DNA of 64,000 bases from Blepharisma stoltei ATCC 30299 (lineage: Eukaryota; Protista; Ciliophora): assembly GCA_965603825.1 (NCBI GenBank), contig CBFDEM010000044.1, positions 434,001 to 498,000 on the forward strand, read 5' to 3'. Positions 1 to 11,802 of the stretch are shown here, one piece after another (position 1 is the first letter of the stretch; each line of letters begins with the position of its first letter). Position numbers and translations under genes: made by a program. Below the pieces are notes generated by a model that was not told where the DNA came from, did not search any database, and worked only from the letters and a program-made list of their open reading frames with translations.

Positions 1-1523
1 TTGGCTATTTTATCTATTTATGGGTAGAAGCAGCCAATAAGATACATAAACTTTACTGTGAATCATATGGGCCAGCCTCTCCTGATTATTGTGAAACCAG
101 CAATTATAATTTTTATATCGCCTTAGCTGCATTATCAGGATTTTTTGGGTTACTGTACTTATATCAAATATATTTAAAATACCGAAAATTCAATGTAGGA
201 ATAAATATGATTGTTTTAACCTGCAAACCTTTGCATAACATTCGAGAACTTTTCTTTTTCCCTGCTATGCAAATTATAGTAGGGCTTGGAATCATGATGC
301 TACTTGCTCTAGTTATATGCTGGACTTTCAGCACTGGGACTATTGTGTATTATAAAAATAAAAATGTCCCAAATGGTGAAGCAAATAAAATCGAATTCAG
401 GCAAGGTGAAGTAGCAATTTTTGCATACAATGCACTTATATCTGCTTGGTGGCTCAGCTTTATGGTTGATGTCGGGTTTTTCGTTCTTGCTGGAGGAGTT
501 TCTACTTGGTATTATTCAAGGCAAAAGGATGCGCTTTATGTAAGATATATGTAGATGCCATTGTGAAAATCTTTTAAAACTTGTTTAAGATACCATCTAG
601 GATCAATTGCTTTTGGCTCTCTTGCAAGACCTTTTTCAGTTATCCCTTGCTGGCTGATACGCCCCTTTGACAAAATGAAGCTTAAAGCAAAAGACCCAAT
701 GCCGAAAAGTACGAAATTTATTACTGACTGTTGCTTCTGTATTAAATATTACCACAAATATTTAAGATTCTTAACAAAGTACTCTTACATTTATGTAATA
801 TTCATATAGCTCTCAATTTTTGCAGACCCTTATTTCCGCTCTTCAAAGCGTTCCTACTATTTAATGAGACGCAATTACTTCAGAATTGGGAAACCTGCTG
901 CAATTGGCAGTTTTATAATTTCTATAGTCCAATATGTGATCACCCTTTCTGGACTGTGCCTTACTATGTCTCTAATTCTCCTCCCAGACAAAACTGCATC
1001 AGGCCAGCTTTCCATAGAAATTGTCTCAACTGCCGGCCCTGCTCTTTTCACTTTCCTTATCTCCTGGTTTATCGGTAAATCATTTGCAGGAGCCCTCGAT
1101 ATAAGCTTAAACACAGTTTTGCTTTCTGCTGCCAGCGACGAAGAAATGTTTACCCGTGAGCAAAGATTTGCTGAGAAAGATCTGATTGATTTTATGGATG
1201 GGATTGGAGAAGAGCAAAATGAGTTTCATAGGGAAGAAAAAATGGGCGTGAGAATGGAGGGTAGGAAGCTTGCATGGTATGAGGAAGATGAAAATATTTT
1301 GAATGAAGACCAAGTGTATAAAAAGGGAGATCTGCCTTCAAGAGATCATGATGTAAGCGGATTAAGAACTACTATGAACAGCCCTGCTAGTATTTTATAT
1401 GTCCAAACTGCTTCGTCAACTGTGAGAAATCCGGTATTCATGGATGAAATTGTAGAGGAGTCAGTTGAGGAAGATCCAAATCATCAATATGTGATAGGCA
1501 GACAAGCTAAATATGTAGGGTAA
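1..1523 (+). CDS. Choline transporter-like (CTL/SLC44) protein, 5' partial
   Basis: Removing 15-nt introns 540-554 and 795-809 and reading TGA (564-566) as Trp gives the CTL motif 'STWYY...MPLWKSFKTCLRYHLGSIAFGS'. Many TM helices. Confidence 0.9.
540..554 (+). other. 15-nt spliceosomal intron (representative of 27 found)
   Basis: gtaagatatAtgtag; removal restores the CTL motif. Confidence 0.93.
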
Positions 1524-1655
1524 TAATTAACTATATCAAATTTTCTTTGTGAAAATTATTTTTAAATCAAAAAATAGTGGTTAATTAGACCAAAATGATC
1601 CAAAGTAAATTGCTAAATTTACATTTAAGAAATAATGAGACTAATCTTTCATAAT

Positions 1656-2045
1656 TTATAAACCCATTCCTCTTGGAATGCTCAGCTTTCTAGTCAGCAT
1701 CAAAGGATTCCCTGCCTCCATTGGGCTTTTACAATTGCTGCAAAAATACGTAACACCGTGGAATTGCTTATCAAAAATTGGAATTAAGCAGCACCCGAAC
1801 CAGCACCCTAATAAGCACATTGACCCACACATATTCCACGTCATAGAGGTAGGATCATATTCTTTAATGGGTGCACTGATTTTCATACAATATGGGCATT
1901 TCCCGAGTTTTGTCCCTTTGCCATGCTTAGTCCCAGCCATAGGTGTTAGATTCATCGTTGTGCTCAATTCATACCCATAATCTTCGTACTCTTCTTGGCT
2001 TTGCTCATCTTCGTCCAGTAAATATCTATTTGCATCTTCCATCAT
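1656..2045 (-). CDS. LITAF-domain zinc protein
   Basis: CPYC...hydrophobic 'LLGCWFGCCLIP'...CSNC knuckle pattern. Confidence 0.85.
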   Translation of the reverse strand: MMEDANRYLLDEDEQSQEEYEDYGYELSTTMNLTPMAGTKHGKGTKLGKCPYCMKISAPIKEYDPTSMTWNMCGSMCLLGCWFGCCLIPIFDKQFHGVTYFCSNCKSPMEAGNPLMLTRKLSIPRGMGL

Positions 2046-2069
2046 ATGATTTTAGTTGAATAAAATTAA

Positions 2070-2537
2070 ATGGAAAAGACTCAAAATTCTGCTTCAGGCT
2101 TTGAGTGTCATATATGTATGGAGACTGCGAAAGAAGCCGTAGTAACACAATGCGGGCATTTATATTGCTGGGCCTGTATTAGTCAGTGACTTAACCAAAA
2201 TAGACAAGAAAGGACATGCCCAGTCTGCAAATCGGGTATTGATCCAGACAAGATGGTCCCTATTTATGGATCAACTAACAAAGAGAGGAGCAACTCTGAA
2301 AGGCCAAAAGCTCAATGGGAAAAGCCAAAGCCAAACCCTGAGTATAGTAGGTTTAGAGGCTTTCAAGAAGGCATGGATAGATCTGGAATAAATTTTTCTG
2401 CTGGATTCGGACTATTCCCAGGCATGTTTGGATTCACAATCGGGACTAATTTTAACCAAAACGACCCAAGAGCCGACACATTGAGCAAAATCATGATGAT
2501 TATAGGATTATTGATAATTTTGGCTATTGTTTTCTAA
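2070..2537 (+). CDS. RNF5/RNF185-like tail-anchored C3HC4 RING E3 ligase
   Basis: ATG 2070; '[30 protein letters not shown](TGA 2187-2189)L...CPVCK'; 'FSAGFGLFP'; C-terminal TM. Confidence 0.9.
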
Positions 2538-2567
2538 TTATAAGATATTTAAGATAACCTGATACCA

Positions 2568-3632
2568 CTAATGAAGATTGTTAGAACAAGTAAACGTCTC
2601 TTTGGCCTGCTGGTTCTCAATTTGTATAGTTGTGTGGGATATGTTGTACTTATCTTGACATATAGCTGTAGCTTTGGCTAAAGCAACTGCAGGGTCGTCT
2701 GAGCCAAGATGGCATGATAAGGAAGGTTTCCCAATACTAAGACTCCATACGTGCAGATCATGTATATCATAAACTTCATCAATCTATATAAATTTTACCT
2801 CCAAGATATCATTAACCAAAGAATCAAGGTCAACGTTTATGGGAGCTCCTTCCATAAGCACTTTTATGCATTCTTTCATGATAGGTAAAGTTGTCCCAGC
2901 AACGATCACTGAAAAAATAAATGTGCAGATTGGGTCAGCTATGCTCCATTCAGGGTTAATTACAATGCAAATGGCTGCTATTGTAACCCCAACACTTTGC
3001 AGCAAATCCCCTAAAACATGTAAAGAGGCTGCTCTGATATTTACGTCTTCTTCAAGCTTGTGGCCAGTTTTTTCTTTTCTGGCTTTAGAAGGGCTGTCTT
3101 TGCGCTTTTCTTTATGGTCATGAGAGTGCTCGTGGCCATGAGAATGCCCCACTCCATGCAAATGAGAAGAATGTAACATCCAGCCCATAACAATGTTGCA
3201 CACAAGACCGATTCCTGCCGTCACCAGCATTATTAATCCATCAACTTCTTTTGGGTTCTGCACTCTAATAACTGCTTCGTAAAAGAGCCAAATTGTGAGG
3301 CCCCAAATTAAAGCGACGCTCATTATGGCTCCGATTATTTCAGCTCGGTGGTAGCCGTAAGTCAATTGGCTTGATGCTGGGCGAGATGATATATAAAGTG
3401 AAGCAATTGCAATTGCAAATCCAGAGAGATCTGAAAACATATGAGCGGCATCTGTCATGATGGCAATTGAGTTTGCGAGAAACCCGCCAACTATTTCTAC
3501 AACCATAAAAATTGCACAAATAACGGAAACGAAATACAGCTTCGAGAGAGACTGTGATTTTTTGGGATCTAGTTTAGGCTTTGAAGGAGGAGATATGCTT
3601 ACAAGTGGTATTGAGAGGTTATTATCTGTCAT
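2568..3632 (-). CDS. CDF/SLC30 zinc transporter
   Basis: 'DAAHMFSD', His-rich loop, 'HVLGDLLQSVGV'. After intron 2784-2798 it continues 'IHDLHVWSL...HTTIQIE' to TAG at 2568-2570. Confidence 0.95.
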
Positions 3633-3838
3633 TTTTTAATTATATTTCGTATGGAGGTTATTTCAAAACAAATGATGTGAAAATATTTTATGTGTAAATG
3701 TTTCCGGTCAGCTGATTTTGGTTGAATTTATGGAAAACTGACATAGACTTATACTGAATTGGATATAAATGGCAATAAATCGCTCGATATTTAGATTAAT
3801 ACACATGCTAAAGAAACAATAAATTAATAATTCTGCGT

Positions 3839-4258
3839 TTAATAATTCCCGGTGAGACGTTTGTTGTGCTGTGAAGAAACTGCGTGGCTTTTTAATTGTG
3901 ATGATAATATAGTTGAGTTGCATGAAAGACATTTCAGGCTTCTTTTTGATTGATCATGTTTATAATTCTTTTCTATTCTAAATCTGCTTCCATCATATAA
4001 TACAAAAATTTCACCATTCTTCAAGCCCGTGGGAATTTCGAAATCTGTGTCATCTTCGGAATATTCAAAATTACTATAGTTTGATGATTGTTCTTGAGAA
4101 AACTGACTGCTGGTAATTGAATTTTCCTGACTCGGGTCGTCTAATGTAATAATATATGAAGCTTTTAATCCTTTTAAATATTCTGAAAGCATTTTTATTC
4201 GATTTTCTTCAATATCTTCGCCGTCAGGTTCCCTTTCACTGCACATACAAGTTCCCAT
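3839..4258 (-). CDS. Small protein with N-terminal acylation-like motif and C-terminal C2H2-like zinc finger
   Basis: MGTCMC N-terminus; 'CLSC...H.....H' at C-terminus. Confidence 0.6.
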   Translation of the reverse strand: MGTCMCSEREPDGEDIEENRIKMLSEYLKGLKASYIITLDDPSQENSITSSQFSQEQSSNYSNFEYSEDDTDFEIPTGLKNGEIFVLYDGSRFRIEKNYKHDQSKRSLKCLSCNSTILSSQLKSHAVSSQHNKRLTGNY

Positions 4259-4697
4259 AATATTATTATAACAACTAGCTTAGGCAAAGAGCTGGTTGAT
4301 GATCTAAACATTTTGAAAATTTTTGAAATGGTTTGTGTTAGGTAAAAATATTTTAAAATTTAAAAAGAAGGATTTAATTTTTAAAGAAATGGATAAGATT
4401 AATATTTATGCAAAACTAAAGGGCATGATAAACTATTTCCTTAATTAAAGCAGCTTAAATATTCTAAACTACCATTAATAGATTCTCTGTGAATAAATAA
4501 ATAAGAATATTCTTCTCTGCTTTATAAAATTATTATTGCATTTAAATTTCATACCAATTTTAATTCCTATGAAATTTTAGAAATTTAAAATTAAAAATAA
4601 TAAATAGCTTTAAATATTAAAACAATTTTGCCATATTTTACTTCATTTATCTTCCTATTGCACCTTACTAAATATTTATATCAAAAACTTTTATAAG

Positions 4698-6300
4698 ATG
4701 TAAACCTCATTTCAGGGAAGAGAACTCAAAACGCTCGAAAGGAATCCAATCTCCAATGAAAACCAAAACAATCCAAGGATATGAGCTGCTTGAAACTCTA
4801 GGAAAAGGTACTTTTGGAAAAGTAAAACTTGGGCTGCATCTTCTTACAGGAGAAAAAGTTGCTATAAAAGTCCTCGATAAGAACTGCATTTCTGATGTTT
4901 CAGACGTCGAGCGGATTTCTCGAGAAATCCACATCTTAAAATTGATAAGGCATGAAAATTTAGTCCAATTATACGAGGTATTTAAAAATTAGGTTATAGA
5001 GACCAGCGAGAAAATCTATTTGGTCATGGAATATGTTAGCGGAGGAGAATTGTTCACCCACATTGTCAATAGCAAACGATTAAAAGAAAAAGAAGCCTGC
5101 AAATTTTACCAACAGATAATTTCAGGAATTGAGTACATTCACAAGCTAAACATTGTGCACAGGGACTTAAAACCTGAAAATCTATTGCTTGACCACGATA
5201 AAACTTTAAAATTTGTAGACTTCGGGCTAAGTAATACTTATCTTGAAGGAGAGATGCTAAAAACTGCATGCGGAAGTCCTTGTTATGCAGCCCCGGAAAT
5301 GATAGCTGGAAAAAGCTATATTGCCTCGAGAGTTGATATATGGAGTTCAGGAGTTATTTTATTTACCATGCTATGCGGGCATTTACCATTTGAAGATTCA
5401 AACACTCATCAATTATATAAAAAAATACTAGCGGGCGAGTATCATGTGCCGAAATATGTGACTCCAGAAGCTAAGGATTTTTTAAAATGCATCTTGAATA
5501 CTAATCCAGAGGAGCGATATAGAATAGATCAAATTAGGCAGCATCCTTGGTTTAATTTGATTAAACCATCACCTGATTCTTTTGGATTTATAATAGGATA
5601 CGATGATCTTCCTATCAATCAAAAAATTTTAAAACAATTATCAGGCTATGATTTAGATCCTTATGAAATTCAAAATCAACTTATATCAAATAAACAGAGC
5701 AATGAAGCAACTGCGTAAAAGTTACTTAGATACTATTTATTATTAAAAAAATCGCAAAAAAAAGGTGAATACAACGATACCGAAGAAGAGCCATACGATA
5801 ATGGGTCTACAGCAAGCCCCTCCTTTCATAATAAGCATCGAAAAGTCGTGGATTTAAGTCAAACTTATTCTTTCAGCCCGCATCCTCCTTTACCGAAAAC
5901 TGGCTATGATATAACAATTAGTCCAAGACATAAAAGAATTGTCGAGACAATCTCATTCAAAATTAGTGTTAAAAAGAGAGCTCTTATATCTGATTTGAAA
6001 AATTCTCAGAGCAGACATCAAAGGGTTAGTTCATTACTTCCAAGTGTAAATCCGCGATCTCCTCGCAGCATTTCAAGACTTTCAGAGTCTCCTCAAGCTA
6101 AGCACACGAAAACGAGTGTAAATGCTACAACAAGATTGCCAGGCCATGATAGGTTTTCAATAGCTGCTACGAGAGTGTTGAATTCTCCTAAATTCACTGA
6201 AGAAAACGATGAGACGATATCAGCAGTTGAAAGCACATTTAAAATCAGACCAAGAGTCGGCACCGCTATGTTAGTCAAAGCGTTGACTAAAAAAATGTAA
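4698..6300 (+). CDS. AMPK/SNF1/MARK-family Ser/Thr kinase with UBA-like region
   Basis: [19 protein letters not shown], 'LKTACGSPCYAAPE'. Introns 4978-4992 and 5715-5729. Start is either the split ATG at 4698 (intron 4700-4715) or 4756. Confidence 0.93.
4700..4715 (+). other. 16-nt intron splitting the start codon (AT|G)
   Basis: gtaaacctcAtttcag; splicing gives ATG in frame with the kinase. Confidence 0.65.
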
Positions 6301-6373
6301 TTAATTTTGAGTTTATTAAAATTATTTATACAGCAATGCTAAAAAAATGATGCAGAAAAAGGTTTAATTCTAA

Positions 6374-7195
6374 TTACTTGAAAGGCAAAATAAATGGAGT
6401 TCCAAATGCTGCACTTTTCACATAATAAATAAAGAAGTTTGCTGTAAAAAAGCAAGAAATAATTTGCGACCCTAATACAAAATATCCGGCTAACCCAGGA
6501 AACAAATTAATTTTCACTGATTTGAAAACTTTATTTAACTCTCTGTAAGTTTTAAACCAAAATATTGAGCTCATTATCTGTGAAGCAGCCCTTGCAGCTA
6601 CAAAATGTACAGAAAAGTTTTCAACAGCTTCTGTGCTTTTTAATTTTTCAATTAAAGGAATTAATGCGACAGCCTCCATGTACATTGATAAAGTCCACAA
6701 TCAGTCAGTCAAAAAATTTCTGTTTAGAGTTGCATGAACAAAAAGCGATAAAATTATGCATGGAATTGAGTAAAGTATCATGATCGGTGATTCTTTTACT
6801 TCAAAAAGTTTTGAGGTTATATATAAGCTTTGGCCAAAAGACGCAATTTCGACAATTTGATAAAACCAATCTCCAGATGTATCATAAGGTAAGTAGTTTT
6901 CAAATGGGATAATTGAGTTGAGGCGGCTGAAATATATAATGCTATAGTATAAAAAGGAATAGAATGATAAACCATCTGTGTTATGAGTCACTTGAATACA
7001 GATTCCTATAAAAGATATCATTTGGAGTGTTGAGCATAGGGTCAAAAAGAAAGAAAAGTCACCATTTGATGTGTATAAATAAATCAGGATGAGGATTAGA
7101 ATAACAAGAAGCCAATATTTTATTTCTCGTCTTCTGGTTAAGTTTCTAAATTTTCTTGGATTCTTCAAAATTCTTTGGAAATTTTCCCACCACAT
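6374..7195 (-). CDS. ER lumen protein-retaining receptor (ERD2/KDELR-related)
   Basis: Two ORFs joined by TGA=Trp at 6701-6703; 'YLPYDTSGDWFYQ', 'WTLSMYMEAVALIP'. Confidence 0.85.
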
Positions 7196-7337
7196 TTATA
7201 CTTAAAATTTATGATATCTAGATGAATCTTATTGAAATTTTTCATCAAAACTGATATTTTGTTTGCATTATTTATTGTTTTATTCTAAAGATGACAATCT
7301 TAAATTCAATTATGTGTGCAAATTATTTAATTTAATC

Positions 7338-8540
7338 CTAAATAGAAGTGGTAACTGTTGAGTTATAGACGTGCCTAAGAGTAGCGGTGGCAAGTTTTTC
7401 CAATACTGTTTCTTTATTTCCAAGCATTGTATCATAAATTTCTGAGCTAACTTCCATAAACTTTTCAGTGCTTTGGCTATGATTCCTCATTTCCAAAATC
7501 TTTAATGCAAGCTCAAGGTCTGCTATTTTTTTTTCTTCGTCCGCAAGAAGATTATTTGCTTTTTCTTCTGTAGAAAGCCTTTTCTCTTCTACTTCCACAA
7601 TTTTCTTGCATAAGCTTGTTCTAAGAGATTGGTATCCCTCTGATTCCAAGTCAAAGTCATTATATCACTTCTGAACAGAGTTTTCTATATCTCTCGCATA
7701 GTTTTGGCCAATATTCTTTTTAATGCCCGCAATGTATTCAGACAGCTCATCAAACCCTCCACAAGTTTCACTTTTCGATTCTTTTATAATCCTGGACGAA
7801 GCTGTCGCTTCGAAGCATGAAGATCTTGAAGTATTGACGTCTTGAAAATAATTCTTTTCTTTTGAAAAGTTTTTCTCTTCTAATGCTTGTTTTAATTTTT
7901 TATTTTCATCTTGAGCTTCTTTTAACCTTTTCCCCATCTGCTGTACTTCTGATTCTATAGCCATCACAAATTTTTGTGTTTTTTTCTCATACATTTCTTG
8001 TATGGCTTTAGTTTGAGGATCAGAAACAATTTTTTCTTTTTCCTTGCTTATAGCAGTTTTGAATGAATTCAGTGCTCTTGATTCATTTTCCTTTTTGTTC
8101 GCCAGTTGCTTTTCTGTAGCTTTTTTAGCTTTTAAATATTCATTGGCGAGAAATTCAAGTCCTTTTGGATTTGCGGAATTTATGCTAGGTTTTGAAGGAG
8201 CCTGCGTTGGAACTGCTATTTCTTTAGGCTTTGGAAGGGCAAAGAGTCTTGGGGAAATTGTGTGTGGGAGTTTTGGAGATTTAATAGGAGAAAAAGGAGA
8301 AGGAGATGCTTCTGGACTTCTTTGGCTCATTGGAGGAGTTTCTTCAAAAGTTGAAGAAATGCTAATTGACTCCTTTGGAGTTTTATCAGGAACTATAGAG
8401 ATTGATTGAGGGGGATTTACTGCAGGTGGAGAATTTTCGATTTTTTTTGGAGGGGGAATGAAGTCAGAGGATTTTGTATCTTGGGCAAGTTTTTTGGCTC
8501 TTTCAAGGAAATCGCTGACCCGAGAAGATGTTTGGGACAT
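7338..8540 (-). CDS. Hypothetical Pro/Ser-rich plus coiled-coil protein
   Basis: Same-frame ORFs joined by TGA at 7665-7667. Confidence 0.7.
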
Positions 8541-8923
8541 TTATAATTTAAATATTATTTAAGTAAAATAAGTTTAACATTATAAGTTTGATTTCAAATC
8601 TATTTTTATAGTCCCAGGAACTTAATAGCAAACGCTATAAAAAATCATCAAATTATGCATAAGCAATTATTAATAATATTTAAATTGCGCAATTAATCAT
8701 AAAATCCTTCCTTCAATACTTGCTTATTTTCTAGTAAATTTGTTAGAAACCAATATTAGAAAATTTAAGTTAATAATTATTTTGATATTGAATTAAAATT
8801 TTCATGAATATAAGCGTTATACAAAAATAAAGTTTATATATATTAAAAAACTATTAATATTTTAAGCAAAAATACTTAATTATCTAGTAAAATCTGATAG
8901 TTATATATTATCTCCAATATACA

Positions 8924-9631
8924 TTACACTTTAAATGGCTTTTTCTCTGCAAGTATCAGATAATCCATCGCTTTTTTTATTGATACATTTGACTTAGAAG
9001 CAGGCGGAATAATTTCGCTCATAAACATTTGCCTATGTAAAAAACATCGATTCTTTACAATACTTTGTCTTTTTCGTAGAGGTGTATAATTATTTTCATT
9101 ATTTTTCGTTTGAAAGCCTATATTAGGCAATTTTACATTAGGAACAGTTGCATTCATAGATTTATTCTCGATTTTAGATGAAGGTCTAAATATTTGGTTT
9201 GCGCTTTTAGCTATTGAAGCTGCATTCTGGAATTTTTGGTCTTTAAAGTTGGGAGCATTTGATCAAGAATTATTAAATTTCTTTGTGTTCGAAAATTCTG
9301 GACTTGAAATTGCTCTAATATGTTTTTTTTTAGCCTCCGAATTATTAAAAGGGGTTTCTATTTGAATGCTGATTCTCTTTTTTGGAGTACATGGCCTTAT
9401 CTTAAAATTATCTTGCAAAAGATAGGATTGGTAGTCTATAGTATAGTCTTGGCAGTCCTCAATAAATTTACGAGGAGATCCCACACAGCTACTCACAGGA
9501 CTAAATACAGGATTAGGTGCTCCTGACTTGGAGATTCATATTCGAGAGATTGGAGTTCTGACATCCTCTAGATTAACTTCGTTGGAATTTAAACAGCTTT
9601 CATATTCAAAACCTTTGAGATCAATTATCAT
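8924..9631 (-). CDS. Hypothetical basic protein
   Basis: Open frame from ATG at 9631 when internal TGAs are read as Trp. Confidence 0.6.
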
Positions 9632-9951
9632 CAAAATTAAGTTATAACTTTATGGTTTTTATTCGATACTTATTTTTATCAAAAAAATTATTTTATAGTT
9701 GAAATGTCTTGAGAATAAGCCATCATGCTTAAATTAATCAGTTCTTATATTAAAACATAATAAAATGCTGATGATTATTAATAAAAGAATTCACATTGAA
9801 AAATAAACAATAAAAATAATTTATTAATTTATTCGTAGTTCAACTATTAAATTAACTATAATTATGATAAGCACAATCAGTAATCATTATAAAGCATAAA
9901 TCTTTAGTATTCCAAGTATTAAATTTAAAAAATTCTTACTAAATTTTAATT

Positions 9952-11094
9952 ATGTCCCACGTTATCAAGGTTCCTCTTATATAGATCATTGATAGCCGTA
10001 TAGCAAGATTTTCAACAGGCTCAAAAGATACACCAATCCACTCCAGAAAAAGTTTCTCTGATTATAGACATGTAAAGCTTAATCCTATTGGTAAATCGCT
10101 TCAAGGCGTTAACAATATAAATTCTCTCTCTATTCAGCCAGATTATAAAGAGCAGCCAAAACTGGACGATATAGAACTAAGGGAGGCTCAAAGTGTGTGC
10201 CAATCCATACACCCAAGTCCCTCGATTTCTGATGCATTCGATAAATCTCCAAAAATTAAAAAAAGAACGATAAAGAGAATCCAAATCAAAGAATCCACAC
10301 AACCAGCCGATAAAACAATTGAAAATCCGCCTGAAAAACCAGTCGAGCCTGCACCTGTAAAATACCCCGACTTTTGGAGAGAACTTCGAGCGAAAATGAT
10401 AAAAAATCTTCAAATTCCAATTATTAAAACCCCTGCATACACTTTTATCTTATGAAAACATACTTTAAAAAGAGGAATTAGTCAGCTTTGTGTGACAAGA
10501 AAAATCAAAATCATTGCAACTTCAACAATTCAAAAGAATTGGCGAAGATTTTTGAAGCAAAAAGAATATAACCTCCTCAAGCTTTCCACATCAGTAATAA
10601 AAGACTATTGGCTGCATGTGAGGCCTGAAAGAAAAAATTTCAAAAAGGCCCAGTTTTTATCAAGATTTTTATATAGATATGCAAAGATCTCATATAGGAA
10701 AAAAACTAGGTCAGCTACCATCATTCAAAAATGATATAAGAGATTTATAACAATGAAAAAATATCAGCCAGCTATTCAAGAAAAATTGAGAGCAAAGAAG
10801 CATAGAGATATGATGAGGAAGCAGCAAACTTTAGTCCAAGAAAGAAATAGAAAGAAACAAGCTGCAAGAAGAATAGAACAGTAAAATATATTTAGGGGGT
10901 GGCTTGATTATATGAATAAGAAAAGGATGAGAGATATAAGGAAGTATCTTTGGAGCCTTCCTTACGAATGCAGATTGCTATACCTCAAATTCAAGCAAGT
11001 AAAGCAAGACGCAGATATGCTTAAAGCGGACGTTGAGCAAATGATTGCAAATAAGCAAGGAAGTATTGCATCAAATGTCCCGGCCACGGAATAA
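9952..11094 (+). CDS. IQ-motif (calmodulin-binding) protein
   Basis: IQ-like motifs IQKNWRRF, IQKW(TGA)YKRF, IEQGW; introns 9970-9984 and 10881-10895. Confidence 0.75.
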
Positions 11095-11382
11095 GTTAGT
11101 AATATTGTTTCTATGTTTTATTATATATCTCGTCAATAATGGGCTATTACAGATATTAAGAAGAACACAAAACAATCTTGATTATTTCTGCACAAATAGT
11201 CTCTAACTTAATACAAAAAGCATCAGCTTTAAATTATAAAATAATAAGCCTGAGGTTCTCAAGCTCAAATTGGCAATATTGATCAGAATAATCGAGTAAG
11301 CTGCAATTGATTATCAACAAGTAAAGCTAAAATTCGTTAATTAGGCTTCCTTTCTTAAACAATAATTATTGATCTTTACTAA

Positions 11383-11760
11383 CTATCCGTTTAATGCGTC
11401 TTCTTCACTTTTTGAGCGCATAACTGTAGGTCTTACCATTGCTCTCCCAATTGATCCGATCCACGCTTCTTTGTCACTTGGATCTAAGGCACTGAAATAA
11501 AACACTCTATCCCTAGTATCAATTCTGAAAGAAAAGTCTTTCTTGGTTTCCTCTTCTGCTGACTTCACTGTTGAACAATCCTGCAGTCTTATGCGCTCTG
11601 TTGGATTGTCTCTATATCCCTGCTGCTGCTTGAAAGAAAAAAGGTATTTGGGTGTAAGAACAAGCCATCTTCTTCTCCATTCTTTAATAAATCTGCTCCT
11701 CTTCTCAATCCAGCCTTCTTTGAGAATTGTTTCGAAATTTTCCGTATCACTTCTTTCCAT
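11383..11760 (-). CDS. Stand-alone PH-domain protein
   Basis: 'KEGWIEKRSRFIKEWRRRWLVL...KEAWIGSI'. Confidence 0.92.
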   Translation of the reverse strand: MERSDTENFETILKEGWIEKRSRFIKEWRRRWLVLTPKYLFSFKQQQGYRDNPTERIRLQDCSTVKSAEEETKKDFSFRIDTRDRVFYFSALDPSDKEAWIGSIGRAMVRPTVMRSKSEEDALNG

Positions 11761-11802
11761 ATTATATCTCTAAGATTAATTGCATAAAAGTATAAATTAA
11801 AA

